A DNA stretch of 64,000 bases, taken from NCBI RefSeq assembly GCF_006345805.1, contig NC_043005.1, positions 54,188,001 to 54,252,000 on the forward strand, written 5' to 3'. The notes under the pieces were generated by a model. It saw nothing but the letters and a program-made list of their open reading frames with translations, searched no databases and had not been told where the DNA came from. Of this stretch, positions 26,280 through 39,330 are shown piece after piece. Position 1 is the first letter of the stretch, and the number at the start of each line of letters is the position of its first letter. A program made the position numbers and the translations under genes. This DNA comes from Octopus sinensis. Its lineage: Eukaryota.

Positions 26280-26480
26280 TTCATTATTTTACTTGTTTCA
26301 GCCACTTGACTGCAGCACTGCCTTAAAGGGTTTTATTCAAAGAAATCGACCCCAAGACTGATGTCCTTCTTTCAGTTTCCATATACCATATCCGCTCACA
26401 AGGCTTTGGTCGGCTCGAGGCGATAGTAGAAGACACTTGCTCAAGGTGCTACGCAGTGGGACTGAACCCAGAACCATGTG
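26280..26480 (-). mobile_element. SINE family B, internally deleted
   Basis: tacttgtttcagccac.. joined to ctttcagtttcc..aggctttggtcggctcgaggc..gactgaacccagaacc. Confidence 0.75.
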
Positions 26481-26599
26481 GTTCCAGATTCAGCAAACTT
26501 CTTACTACAGATAACCTAATTTATTTGTAGTCATTGAAGTATTTTTTTTCCTTTGTCATACGTGTATACATCACTCCTTTTAAGGAGAGGTCTCTTGAT

Positions 26600-27090
26600 A
26601 GGGCAACGTGTGTATCACGTTTTATCATCTTTAATCCTGTATTTCAAAAGTTCCCAAGGGAAGTAAAATTTACTCATTAATTATTAGCCCTTTTGCTGTC
26701 GCCTACCAATGCTTACATTCGAAAAATAAATTATCCAACATAAGTACGATTTTTTTTTAATTATCTTTAATCTTTTCAACATGTAAGTTTAAGTTTGTCG
26801 GTGTGTTTTATTCATTTAACGTTTTATTTATGAAGGAATTTTCTCAGTAGTCTTTCATCTCTTCTGTAACATTCATGCTTTTTGTTATATGATCGAATCT
26901 TGTTTACAACGAACGTCTCAAGACTTAGTAATAATATTTTTACTCTCAAGAAATTATTAATCTTACAATTTTATATGTATGTATATTTTTTCGTCGATTA
27001 AGTTCTTACAGTATCCACTTGAATATGTGCAATTGTTTGTTGTTATTTTTTTATGTTTCCACTCCTATTTCAATATTTCAAAGTTTCATT
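26600..27090. repeat. Unidentified old repeat, copy 2
   Basis: Collinear similarity to 23130-23570. Confidence 0.5.
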
Positions 27091-27234
27091 AATACCGAGT
27101 GTTTCATGTGCACTTTGAAGTAATGGTTATAACGTTGCTACTTTGCACGCATCTATATACATACACATCACTGACACATATATTCTCTTTATATATACCT
27201 TACATTAACATATATTATAGAAGCACAGTGTGGT

Positions 27235-27274
<40 letters not shown>

Positions 27275-27363
27275 TAAAAATTTAGATTCAGATGAATATG
27301 GTACTTAAGTTGAGGCACCAGAATTTAGTATGGTATTATCCATACAATTTAAAATAAGAGGAT

Positions 27364-27765
27364 TATAATCAAAATAAGCAACAAGGTAATGCAGAGGTAA
27401 TACAGTACGAACGTTTCATGCGACTCCATTTAATTGAACAATGCAAACATTACATAAATTTAAAATGTAGAGCAATCTTCAACTGCACAAAAACATAGAA
27501 TTTAATTAAATTTGAAGGACGCATTAGTATAATTTTATCCAAAATCTCCAAGACGATGAGGAGATAGACAAAGAACATGTTTTACCAAAAACTTCGCAAT
27601 TGTAACTCAAATTTAACTCCTTCAAATTTAATTAAATTCTGTTTATGTGTAGCTGAAGATTGCTCTACATTTTAAATTGATGCAATGTTTGTATTGTTCA
27701 ATTAAATGGAGTCGCATGAAGCAATCGTACTGCATTACCTCTGGATATCCTTGTTGCTTATTTTG

Positions 27766-27771
<6 letters not shown>
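27364..27771. repeat. ~410 bp fold-back (arms 27364-27519 and 27618-27771, ~98 nt loop)
   Basis: tataatcaaaataagcaacaagg vs ccttgttgcttattttgattata; catgcgactccatttaattgaacaat vs attgttcaattaaatggagtcgcatg; aatttgaagga vs tccttcaaatt. Confidence 0.92.
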
Positions 27772-27824
<53 letters not shown>

Positions 27825-27830
<6 letters not shown>

Positions 27831-28000
27831 ACCGTTGGCGATTTTTTCCTCTGTCTTCTCTTCTCCTATGTTTCCGACGAAGAGCTCCGCTCGAAACGTT
27901 AAACCCTCCTTCTTGCCTTCTTTCCTGGGCGTCCAATAATACTATATTTGTTCCACGTCCTCGCGTTGTTGTGTTTTTTTGTGTGTTTTCTTGTTTGGAT

Positions 28001-28005
<5 letters not shown>
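27825..28005 (+). mobile_element. Probable Penelope-like terminal repeat between microsatellites
   Basis: CpG-rich, contains hammerhead-like motif, second copy at 125-245. Confidence 0.6.
27870..27904 (+). ncRNA. Minimal type I hammerhead-ribozyme-like motif (U4C core variant)
   Basis: GTTT-CCGACGA-A-GAGC-tcc-GCTC-GAAA-CGTT-AAAC: stem I GTTT/AAAC, stem II GAGC/GCTC, palindromic ACGT stem III as in dimeric PLE hammerheads. Confidence 0.55.
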
Positions 28006-28070
<65 letters not shown>

Positions 28071-28752
28071 TAGATCTTAATTATAGTATTTATATACATT
28101 TATATATTTTCATTGATAATCTATATATAATAGTCATTTTTTAAAAATATTTATGTAATTAGATATAGACTATTACCGATATTAGATTATTGGTGGGTTT
28201 CCTACCTTATAAATTAAAATTAATATTTAACATTATAATCGATTTTGATATAATCATAACTGTTAAGTTTTAGTTTCTAGTTTGATAATAGAGTTTATTA
28301 TAAGTAAAATTATTATCTTATTTATATCTTTAAAATATTGTTTAAATATTTCTGAAGAGTGACTGTAACCATAACTCGAATTATTAATTGAATTTAAATT
28401 ATTGTTATTCGAACTGGTACAGCCATGAAACGATCGTAGTGTTTTACTCTTTATCTTTTATTAAACTTTTAATACTTTTGATATATATAAAAAAAATAAA
28501 TAAAATAAAAAATAAATTAATTAATTAATTAATTAATAAAATAATATATAAATATAAAAATATACATACATACATATATATATATTTGTATATGTATATA
28601 TAAAATTTATAAAATTTATAAGGTTTAAATTATTTAAATATTTTTTTATTTTTAACTTTTATATTTTTAAATTAATTTTATGTATTGGCTTATGTTTTTC
28701 ACTGTTTGATTTGCCTAATAGTGGGTTTATCTCTAATTTGATATAATATATA

Positions 28753-28798
<46 letters not shown>

Positions 28799-29290
28799 TA
28801 TATATTGTTATCTAGAAGCATCGATGTTTGAAGCAGCGTAGCAGCATTATTTATTGACGAATTCTCATCAAATTCTGCAGTGAGACACCGAAGAAACATG
28901 AAAAGGTAATGCACGAAGAAAAAAATCGTGGGTCTGGGATCCATCTCAGCTAAATCACGGTTGAGTTAAGATAAATAATATAGATACAGAAAGCTGCAAT
29001 AAGGCAGAGCTGAATAGGAGTGTTAGTTCGAAGTACAAAAACAGTGAATTTCACATCAAGCTAATTTTCTTTTTCAGCCCTTCTTATATAACGTTCATTC
29101 TCTCACTCTCATGAATAAATTTTCTCACCTATCTCTTACAGCATTATATCTGAGTATTTTATATGCGTAAACAAATTGAAACATGAAACAAGGATAGAAT
29201 AAATCATTTTAGCTCTCATGGCATCTGGAATCAGTAGCTTAATTTCAACGAAGAATTTTGATAACAACATTTCAATATATGCTCTGTGAT

Positions 29291-29655
29291 GAAGGCAGTC
29301 TGCTAACCGAACCATTAGCACGTCGAGTAAAGCACTTAGCAACATTTTGTCTATCGTTACGTTCCGAGTTCAAATTTTGCCAAGATCAACTTAGCCTTTA
29401 ATCCTTTTAGAGATGATAAACTAAATACCAGTTGAGTATTGGGATCGATGTAATCGAATTACCTACTTCCCTGAAAATGCTGGCCTTGTGCAAAAATTTC
29501 AAACCAATATATGTTACGCAATGCTTATTTCTTATATATTTAGGGCGAAAAAAAGTGTTTCAACTACTGGCACAAGGCCTGCCATTTTGCGGGAAGAGAT
29601 AAGTTGATTACTGCTAGTACTTATTTTATCGAACCCGAAAGAATGAAAGGCCAAA
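29291..29655. mobile_element. Two SINE family A copies, tail-to-tail (+ 29291-29510, - 29560-29655)
   Basis: gagttcaaattttgcc..gcctttaatcc..ggccttgtgc then gcacaaggcc..ttttatcgaacccgaaagaatgaaagg. Confidence 0.7.
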
Positions 29656-30120
29656 ACTGACAAATTTTCACTTGCGTAAACTTAAACAAGATTGTTATAA
29701 AGACCTGAAAGTGTCCATTTCTGAATTCTGTCCTGTTTTCATTTGAATTCACTAACCACGTGACCTATAATTATCATTATTGCTTTATAGTACTAATGAC
29801 ATACTACGAGATCAATATCTTTGTTGGTATTCAGGGGTAAAAAATGCATAATTATGTATGACTAATGTTTGTTGTTATGCCTCCGAAAATTTGCTTTTAT
29901 TTTATTTTTCTCTTATGTTACACTGATATTTGAACCAGCCATAATTTTTTAATTTTTCCTTAAAGACAGTACAGAATACTTTGAGAGATATTTGACAACT
30001 ATTTCTAGTAGTTCAAGTGATCACATAGAATCCTCTATCTGTAAGCATAACAATAAAAGCGAAAATACTCCTCAGCTGAGAGTTCCTTGATGAGTTATGT
30101 ACCAAAGCGAAATCAGTGTG

Positions 30121-30641
30121 CCTCTACTAACAGTAAACTTAAACGTCTCTCTTTTCAAGCCTAGCCAGGCTCATGGGCCCGGTTTCCCGGTTTCTGTGAC
30201 GTATGTGTTCCCTCCAGCGTTACTCAAGAAACAGAAAGAGAGGGTGAGGGAAAGTTGTGACGAAATAGTACAACAGGGACCACCACCACGCCCGGTCTGG
30301 GAATCGAAACCGCGATCCGCCGACCGCGAGTCCGCTGCCCTAACCACTGGGCCATTGCGCCTCCACAAAATAAATGCGCCTTTTAAAGCCTAGCCAGGCT
30401 CATGGGCCCGGTTTCCCGGTTTCAGTGGCGTATGTGCTCCCTAGCTGGACGGGACGCTAGTCCATCGCAGCGTTACTCATTTTTGCCAGCTAGACTGGAC
30501 TGGACTGGAGCAACGTGAAATGAAGTGTTTTGCTCAAGAACACAACGCGTCGCCCGGTCCAGGAATCGAAACCACAATCTTACGATCATGATGCTGAGAC
30601 CCTAACCACTAAGCCACGCGCCTCCACTCCTCTACTAACAG
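30121..30641 (-). mobile_element. Dimeric tRNA-headed SINE (family C-related) with 13 bp TSD
   Basis: cctctactaacag at 30121-30133 and 30629-30641; two monomers each start ggaggcgc..tggc(c/t)(c/t)agtggttagg..ggtttcgattcc and share the tail gaaaccgggaaaccgggcccatgagcctggctaggctt. Confidence 0.85.
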
Positions 30642-31731
30642 AGCCATCTTAAAGTAGATGCAATGGACGGTGACAGCACCAGGATCCAAAAAGAATATAT
30701 TATTTCATTAGATTTTAGATTTTATTGAAACTCACTTTTCAATGCGAATGAGGAGCTAATAAGGACTTTGGCTACCACCTGATAATCAGCATCAAATCTC
30801 TCTCCCTTTCTTCTCTCCTCCTCCTCTTCTCTCTCTCTCTCAAATAATAGGCAACCTTATTAAAATGGAAGAATATACTGGTCCTAGATAAAATATATCG
30901 TATATAAAGATATTGTATACCTAGAACTGGGTGGTCACAGCTAGAACGGATTTGATCATGGGTCTGCTCAGGCAAAGCTATCTCGTGAAAAACAATAACA
31001 ACAACAACAATAAAAAGCAGCTTAGTTAGAAGAGTCTCCTCCATCATCCTACTTTGTATACAGTATTACTTTAAGATTTCTAAGATTTGATTAATTAAAT
31101 ATTTAACAAAATAATTTTACGAATATTTTTTTTCTCTTTCATTGGGTGCATAGATTGTTTTTTTTTTGCTTTTGTCTTCTTTGTTTTTTGTAAAGTGTGT
31201 ATGTTTTATTTTTCAATTGATTTGTTGTTTCTAAATTTTACAATCTAACACGACAAACCTTATTGGAAAAATTGTTCGGATATAAGTAAATAATATCTGA
31301 AACAAATTTTTTGACACATTCTATCTCAATGTTTTGTTAAAAAATAAAAATAAAACAAAAACTTCCAATAACTGAAATTTAAAAAAAAAAATATGTATTT
31401 TTGTCTAATTTCCTCGTGGCTGGTATATTGTAGAACATAGCTTGAGTGTGATCATCTATAAATCATTTCTAAAGGCTGCAACAAATAACGTTTTTCTAAA
31501 AAAAAAGTTACTTTATAATATTGAGTTGTTTATTTCTTAATTCATTCATTTTGCTTCTTGTCACATTGGACATGACTTTCTTAAAAGAACAATGTACATA
31601 TCTTGTTGAATATATATATACATACATACACACACACACATATATATATACATATATATACATATATATACACACATATATATATACATGTATGCATGTA
31701 TGTATGTATATATATATACAGATACATAACA

Positions 31732-31770
<39 letters not shown>

Positions 31771-31931
31771 TGTTTCAGTCATCATGCTGTGGCCATGCTT
31801 GGGCACCGCTCTGAAAAAAATTTTAGTAGAATGAATCTTCCTCAGTATTTACCATTTTCTAAATATCCTGGTACTTATTCCATCAATCTCTTCCCAAACC
31901 ACTAAATAACGGGGAGATAAACACACACGCA

Positions 31932-31977
<46 letters not shown>

Positions 31978-32057
31978 TATATATGTACATATATATATTA
32001 TATGAATATATATGTACATATATGTATTTATATGTATATATATACACACGCATATAT

Positions 32058-32107
<50 letters not shown>

Positions 32108-32812
32108 CGCACACACACACACACGAACATGAATGCAATAGGTGTACTTAGGTACATGTGTGTTGCCCATATATATGTGTGTGTAAATCTAAGTGTACAG
32201 TATTATATATAAATTTAGGCTGAATTTAACCAATCAGTTTCACACTATGTAACCCTGTGCTCATCAGAAGTAGCCATTATGGAATGAAATTTGGTGACTG
32301 CTCTCTATCGTTATATGTACACTGCTATGGATGACGTACACATGAAAATAAAAAATAAATTTTCAACAAACGAGGTGAGAATATTTTTGTGTATGGCTCA
32401 CCAAGGTTTTCATAAATTTGTACACAAGAATAAATCAAACTCAGAATTACAATATATAATATACAAAACAATGAACATGATAAAGAAATGGAAACATTCC
32501 TAGTTTTGAGAGCCCAACATGCTTGTGTCACTTTCCACCTGGTTGTGTATATGTATCTACATGCATACTACCCCCACCACATACATATCTACAGTCAGAT
32601 ATAGAGGCTTGTACACACACAAACAAATACACATATATATGTTGTTGACGTCACTAGAATTTTATAAACTTCTGAGAGAACATGATACATGTATATTTTA
32701 TGTATGAAAATATATGCATAATATACATATTTATATATATATATATATATGTGTGTGTGTTTGGATGTATGTATGCATATATTCTATATCTATCTATCCA
32801 TCTGTGTATATA

Positions 32813-32849
<37 letters not shown>

Positions 32850-33017
32850 TAATAATAATAATAATATATAATAATAATAATAGAAATAATATTTTATAAG
32901 CGATCCCCATGCCTTGACTAAGGTAAATAGTCACATACTGAGGCTTATAAGCATGGGGCTCAAACCAACCTCCCTCTCTCTCTCTCTATCTATCTATCTA
33001 TCTCTCTATCTCTCTAT

Positions 33018-33051
<34 letters not shown>

Positions 33052-33297
33052 CTCTGTACCTACCTATCTATCTATTCCACTCCGGACTAGCTGATCCTGC
33101 CTCTTTTTTCTTCACTGGGCCTTTTCCTCTTTCATGCTCGGATCATCACTTCCATTCCAATTTGTCCATCTAAAACTTCCGCTGAGCATCAGTTTAATAT
33201 ATTCACTGTGTTCTTCTAATTGACTTTTGTTGTTTCTTCCTGCTTTTTTTTTTTTTTTTGCCTTATGTGTGTGTATGTGTGAAAGAAGGATAGAGCT

Positions 33298-33335
<38 letters not shown>

Positions 33336-33502
33336 AATAAATAAAAAGATATAAAAAAATGGCGTGTATTAGATACAAACAATAAATGTTCAGGCCGGAC
33401 CAAATACCTAGAATCCAATATCGAATGAAGGAATATGGAATCAGTGCAAATAAGAGCTGGTTATGGGGACAATACTCTCCGAACTAATTAAAAACTCATA
33501 CA

Positions 33503-33546
33503 GGTTCTGGTGAGAATCGAACTCATGACCTTCTGCGTGTAAAGCA
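33503..33546 (-). pseudogene. 5'-truncated tRNA-Val(TAC) remnant
   Basis: Minus strand TGCTTTACACGCAGAAGGTCatgaGTTCGAttctcaccaGAACC matches anticodon arm through acceptor of metazoan tRNA-Val(UAC); D arm and 5' acceptor strand absent. Confidence 0.65.
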
Positions 33547-33967
33547 ACATCAAAAGGATATTTTTGTATGTAGGTATGTATACATGCAGATTTGTGCGTT
33601 TTGTTTTATGTATGTATCCTCATGCATATAGTCCCATATCTAGACATGCTCATATAATACTTCTGAAAAGTTTTAGAGATTTTTGCAGTTCAAGTGATCG
33701 CTTGGATCTGTAGTCTTCAAATCAGCTTTCTCTTTTCTGGTTTTGAGACGCCTAATTTCTCTAGAGTGGCATTTAAGTAGTGCTTTACATATCCCAGCGC
33801 CGCAATAATTACAGGTATAAACCTGAATTTGTTGTCTGTCCGTCTGTTTGTCTGTATGTATGTAAAATACTGTTCTGACTAAATACACTATGAAAACAGA
33901 AGTCAGAATGTCCTAAAATTCCTATTTGTTTTATTTTTATTACAACACTCATGCGTACACATGCATT

Positions 33968-34246
33968 TACAGTACCACCTCACTTTACGGGCACCTGCTT
34001 TATAAGACCCCAGATTTACGAGTTTTATTTTATAACAAATATAAAAAGTTAAACAGCCATTTTGTGCGTGTCGCAATGTCGCAACATGTAGCAATACTGG
34101 TTCTAACAAGACTAGACAGCGACGGAGTAAAATGACAGCATAACATTTCATTGCGACCATGGGAAATTATTGCTCTACTTTACGAGTTTTCGCTTTACCA
34201 GCATTCACCAAGAACAAGCTAACTCATATATTGAGGCATTACTGTA
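33968..34246. mobile_element. Tigger/pogo-like MITE
   Basis: TA-CAGTACCACCTCACTTTACG ... CTCATATATTGAGGCATTACTG-TA imperfect TIRs with TA flanks, ~280 bp. Confidence 0.65.
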
Positions 34247-34559
34247 TATAGCAACAGAAATAGAAATAGAGCTGTAGCCTCATCTTATAGTGTAAGCTCA
34301 ATAAAATAGTAGTACAGATTTATATACGCTTACCGATATTAATCTATTTTATGTATATGAATACGCAATGCATTTTACAAATACGAAACCATTTGTAAAA
34401 GATTACTCACACTCTCCACCCTCTTGTGGTTTTTATTTCAACTACCTGTCTAGTATAGGTTGAGCCAATATGAAGGATCATTTGAATTCTGCTCTATCTC
34501 ATCGGTGAAATTACTGTATGAACATTCAAGATTTATAACTTTCTTTGACGAATAACCAT

Positions 34560-34719
34560 GAACCAAAAGTTTGGAACATAGGTCTGAAAATTAGAACTGA
34601 GCCATTGGATCAGTTGTTAGATCAGTACATCTCAACATTGTATATGTTTGAATTGAATCGTACTTGAGCATAATTTTAATATTAAAAAAAAATGTTCCAA
34701 TCTTTTAGCCACGACTGTA
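34560..34719. mobile_element. Solo Tc1-like terminus
   Basis: tgttccaatcttttagccacgactg-ta is the reverse complement of a Tc1-type TIR (CAGTCGTGGCTAAAAG); inner boundary uncertain. Confidence 0.45.
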
Positions 34720-35083
34720 TACATTTGTATTGGATATGACTAAACTGCATCAAACAGTGGGGTCTAGGTACAGAAGCTCCAGGTTTTTAGGAGCGTGGGC
34801 TGCTTCTTGGACACTATTGTCTAACAGGTCTACTCTAAGCTGAATTAGTAGCATCTCTTAGGGTCTCTTAGATATAGGCTAACTAACATGTGAAACACTA
34901 GAAATGAAATAACGTCCTTGTAGGAGTAGGTAACATCATAAAAAAATACCTGAAGTACAGTTGGTTTCCAGTCATCTCAACTTATGCTTTTATACAGGAT
35001 TTTATACAGGATTTCACTGAAAAGTGGGTTCAGTGTTTTCCAGTCAAAACAAACACACATATCTAATATCTATAAAATTTAAG

Positions 35084-35087
<4 letters not shown>

Positions 35088-35167
<80 letters not shown>
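35088..35167. repeat. (CT)n microsatellite
   Basis: Directly visible. Confidence 0.95.
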
Positions 35168-35169
<2 letters not shown>

Positions 35170-36215
35170 GTTTGAGTTTGCGTTTGTGTGTACAAAAATT
35201 TCATGTACCTCAATAACTTCTATATCTTTCATCCTATTTCTTTAAGCTGCTTCATATCCTAGACCTGAATGTAGGCTACTTAGATTTTTTTAAATTGATA
35301 TTGGGGCCTCTAGAGCGATAGGAAACCAATAATAGATTATTCCTATTCATTTGCTTTAATCAGCTGTTCTATAATCTGTAGGGTCTTCCATACATTTTCA
35401 ATCATTTTATAAAAGTGAAAGGATTTTGTCTATTTATTTCCACTGATCATCAGCTACTGGGAAGACTGAACGCATACATTTCCACAGTTCTCAACCGATT
35501 TTCACCAAACTTTATACACACATTAGTTATATCCTCAGGATGGTCATACACTAAACATTTTCTCCAGAGCTCCCATGTAAATGGACCTAAAGGGAATTTA
35601 GTTTACATATCAATGCGTTGTTTCACTTTAAGGATGCTTATTTACCCATTCGTTATGATATTTCGACTGTTGTCCATTGTTTCAAATATGTTTTAGCATT
35701 GTTGTTCTAGACTTTTTTAAACAATCACATATGATTCGTCCCAAAGAATCAACCTTTAAATAAGAGTTTTGCTTCCACAAGTGAAAGCTATACGTATCTT
35801 TTCGAAAGATCCATACCAATTTAACTTTATTCAGCATTCCCTGTTAGTGTATGTACAGGCTATGTGGGAAGACAGAATAAAGGTGCTTTTGCTAGCTTAT
35901 CTCTCCGAAAAAATAGCTTCCTTTGCTGTTGAAAAAAATAAACTCGCAGAAGGGAAGTTTCAACCTCTTCCTTCAGATCCATTACACCATTTATGTTGAG
36001 AAAGTGGTATCGTTGACTTAAAGGTACAAGCCATCCAGCAGGTTCCCATACAATTTACATTTACCCAATTTCACGCGTGGAGTATGGTTCAGCTTAAGGC
36101 TACAGTAAATTACATTTATACATGGTGCCATGTAGTAAGATTGAACACGTACTTTCAAGATTGTGAAGCTAACTTGTTGTCAACCACGCCTGTTCATACA
36201 TACATAAAAGCATAC

Positions 36216-36270
<55 letters not shown>

Positions 36271-36779
36271 CATACAAATATATATATACATACACATATA
36301 TAGTGTTTATTTCATGATACAATAAAATAAAGAAACAAAAACTTCCTTTTTTCTATTGTAATGCAACATTTTAAATGAACAATGTAGTTTGATATATACA
36401 TAAGCAGTGAGATGGATGATATCAAAGGTAGTCTTTGATGTAAATGTCTCTTATTGTCCAAGAGACCTGCTACTTTTTTGTCATATTCGGCAGCAGTTCA
36501 TGCATTCAATTGACTTTCTCACTGATGCATTTCTCCTAATTAACATACTGCCAACATGGCTTTTTCCTCTAACACAAAGCCAAAACAATAATTACTTGCC
36601 ACATCAGAAGGCAGAAAAGAAAGTTTTGATTCCTAATTACAGATCTATTCAGAGGTTAGTTTCCTTCTCTTTTTTGTGTATTTTGTTCTCATGATTATTT
36701 TTTTCAAGTTCTTTTCTTTTTTAATCCGTCACAAGTTCCCCTCATACACACTGTTTAGATGCAAAACACTGATTGATAT

Positions 36780-37178
<399 letters not shown>

Positions 37179-37384
37179 TTTGTGCATGCTGGTGTTTTGC
37201 ATTCTTCATATAATATTTAAAAAATAACATAGAAAACCATTTTGAATATGTTTTTTGTTGCTTACATTCTGCTTTCTGATAGGTTTTCAGTCAATGTGAA
37301 AATGTATTTTACATTTAATATACACTAGATAAATATATTATTTTTCCCTAGAATTAAAAATTGTTTTCAGTTTAATAATAGTGT

Positions 37385-37585
37385 CTCAAACTTTTGCAGG
37401 AGGCTTGTAATTTCAGGGGTATTAACCACTTACATCGATCCCCAATGTTTGACTGGTATTTATATTAACGGCCCCCGGAAGGATGCGAAGCAAAACTGAC
37501 CTCAGTGAGATTTGAATTCAGAACCTGAAGAGCTGAAAGAATTGCCACCAAGTATTATGACCGGCATGCTAATGATTCTGCCATC
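37385..37585 (-). mobile_element. SINE family A copy (diverged)
   Basis: acatcgatccc..actggtattt..ggaaggatg.aagcaaaactgacctc..gatttgaattcagaac. Confidence 0.7.
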
Positions 37586-39034
37586 TGGTTGAACTGTTTA
37601 TCAGCAAATAAATTGAATACAATTTCATCTATTTTATTATCTGATAAATATCTAGGAAAAGAATATTTATACTGCTTTTATTCTGTTTAGAATCACAAGA
37701 GTATTGTCTGAATTTAATTCGAGAGTCCAATGGACCCATACAGTAATTAATGTATGAAGTGAAATTTCCTAGCTTTTATAAACATACAGAAACTTTCCCA
37801 TTTGACAAATAAAAGAGAGTCAAGAAAAAATAGGAGTCACGAGAAATCCGCAGAATCAAATAATATAAACAGTAGGAAACAGCAACTGAAAAAACTGAAA
37901 TGGGTCCATTGGACCCATTGGTAGACAGAAGGTTAATATATAAAATCTGTACATCACTTCAAACAATATATACATACATAAATACATACATACATACATA
38001 CTGGGCAGACAGACGGATGGATGTATGTACATTTGTATACACTATATAATGAGCATAACACATTCATCAGTGGGCTGCCATTGATTTCATGAAGGCAATA
38101 CAGCTTACAGCAATCTTCTCTGCTTGTCAGTGCAATATTAATACAATCATCAGAGTAGCTGAAAATCAAATGGAAAGTTCAAGATGGCCGTCTTGCATAA
38201 TCTTGTAACAGGTGAGAAAACTATAGAAAAAGGAAATCGATCCTATTTCATTTGAAAGAAGAATAAATTCAAGGCCTAGAGAGCATAGCAGTTGAAATAT
38301 CTTAGTTAAATTCTCTCTTGTTTTCCTCTGTTAAATCATGTAAGATTTTAGCATGAAATGGAAACACAAATTATCTAAGCAACTGAATATTGTTTAGTAA
38401 TACCATAGTAGACTATGAACGTTCATTCTGTCCACTTAAACTTATTGTCCATATAAAGTCAATGAAAGTGGTTGAGGAAAACATGCCAGCTTAAAGCAAC
38501 ACAGTGTGCAGCAAAAACACGGAAAAAAAGTGATAGAAAGAAAAACAGCAGAATATGTTGTTAAAATTAAAGAAAGAAAAGGACAGAGGAACAAATAAAT
38601 ACGGAACTTTAGAGAATGTGTCCTTTAGAGTGATGGTGAATGTTTGAAAAATCAAAGGCTTGTATAAACAGAGTTAAGATGTGCCTAACTGAAAGAAAGC
38701 TAATTTCACACATCTTTAAAGTTTCTAATGTCTGCTTCAACTTTAAAAATGAAAGTTTTACAAGGTTCTTTCACATAGACAAATATGTGCTAACCAACTG
38801 GAAAGCACATATTTGTCAACATTCACTGGCCGATAAAACAGGTATTTATCAAATTCTAATGTTGATAAAATAAAGACCAATCAAGTACTGGAGTTGAATC
38901 AATCAAGTACAAGGGTAAAACTCTCACTTTTAGGAAACCACTTTTACAGCCGTTAAAAATTTATCAATATATTTGTAGGCAGAAACTGTGCTGAAGCCAT
39001 AGTATATGAGTATGTGTAGTCATTGTGGGTCCAT

Positions 39035-39330
39035 ATGTGTGCATGTATATCCACATGCTGGATGCTGTGGTAAACGGGAGGGTCACTGCTTTGACAGCCA
39101 AACAGAACAAAACCTTGAAGTATCGGGACCTGGCAGTGAACTATCTCTTCCAGTCTGTGGTGTTAGAGATGTCTGGAGGAGCTGGGTCACTAACAGCAAA
39201 GTTCTTGTCATCATTAGTGGCTCACTTTACAGAGGTTGTCGGGTGATGCCTGTGAGGGTGCTTGGCCTTGCCATCGCCCGGGATAATGCCACAAGCATGT
39301 TGGCTTACTTCTGTGGTTTTTGTTGAACCT
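39035..39330 (+). mobile_element. 3' RLE fragment of a CRE-like non-LTR retrotransposon
   Basis: ..KTLKYRDLAVNYLFQSVVLEMSGGAG..AKFLSSL..G then (frameshifted) LAIARDNATSML, matching the K..KY..L / P.A.ET.G..G / AIQRGNA pattern of CRE-type RLE C-termini. Confidence 0.65.

Noticed and set aside
35480-35560. ctcaaccgattttcaccaaactt motif reminiscent of Helentron/DINE-like elements
   Set aside because: Only a short motif; no termini or second copy in the window.
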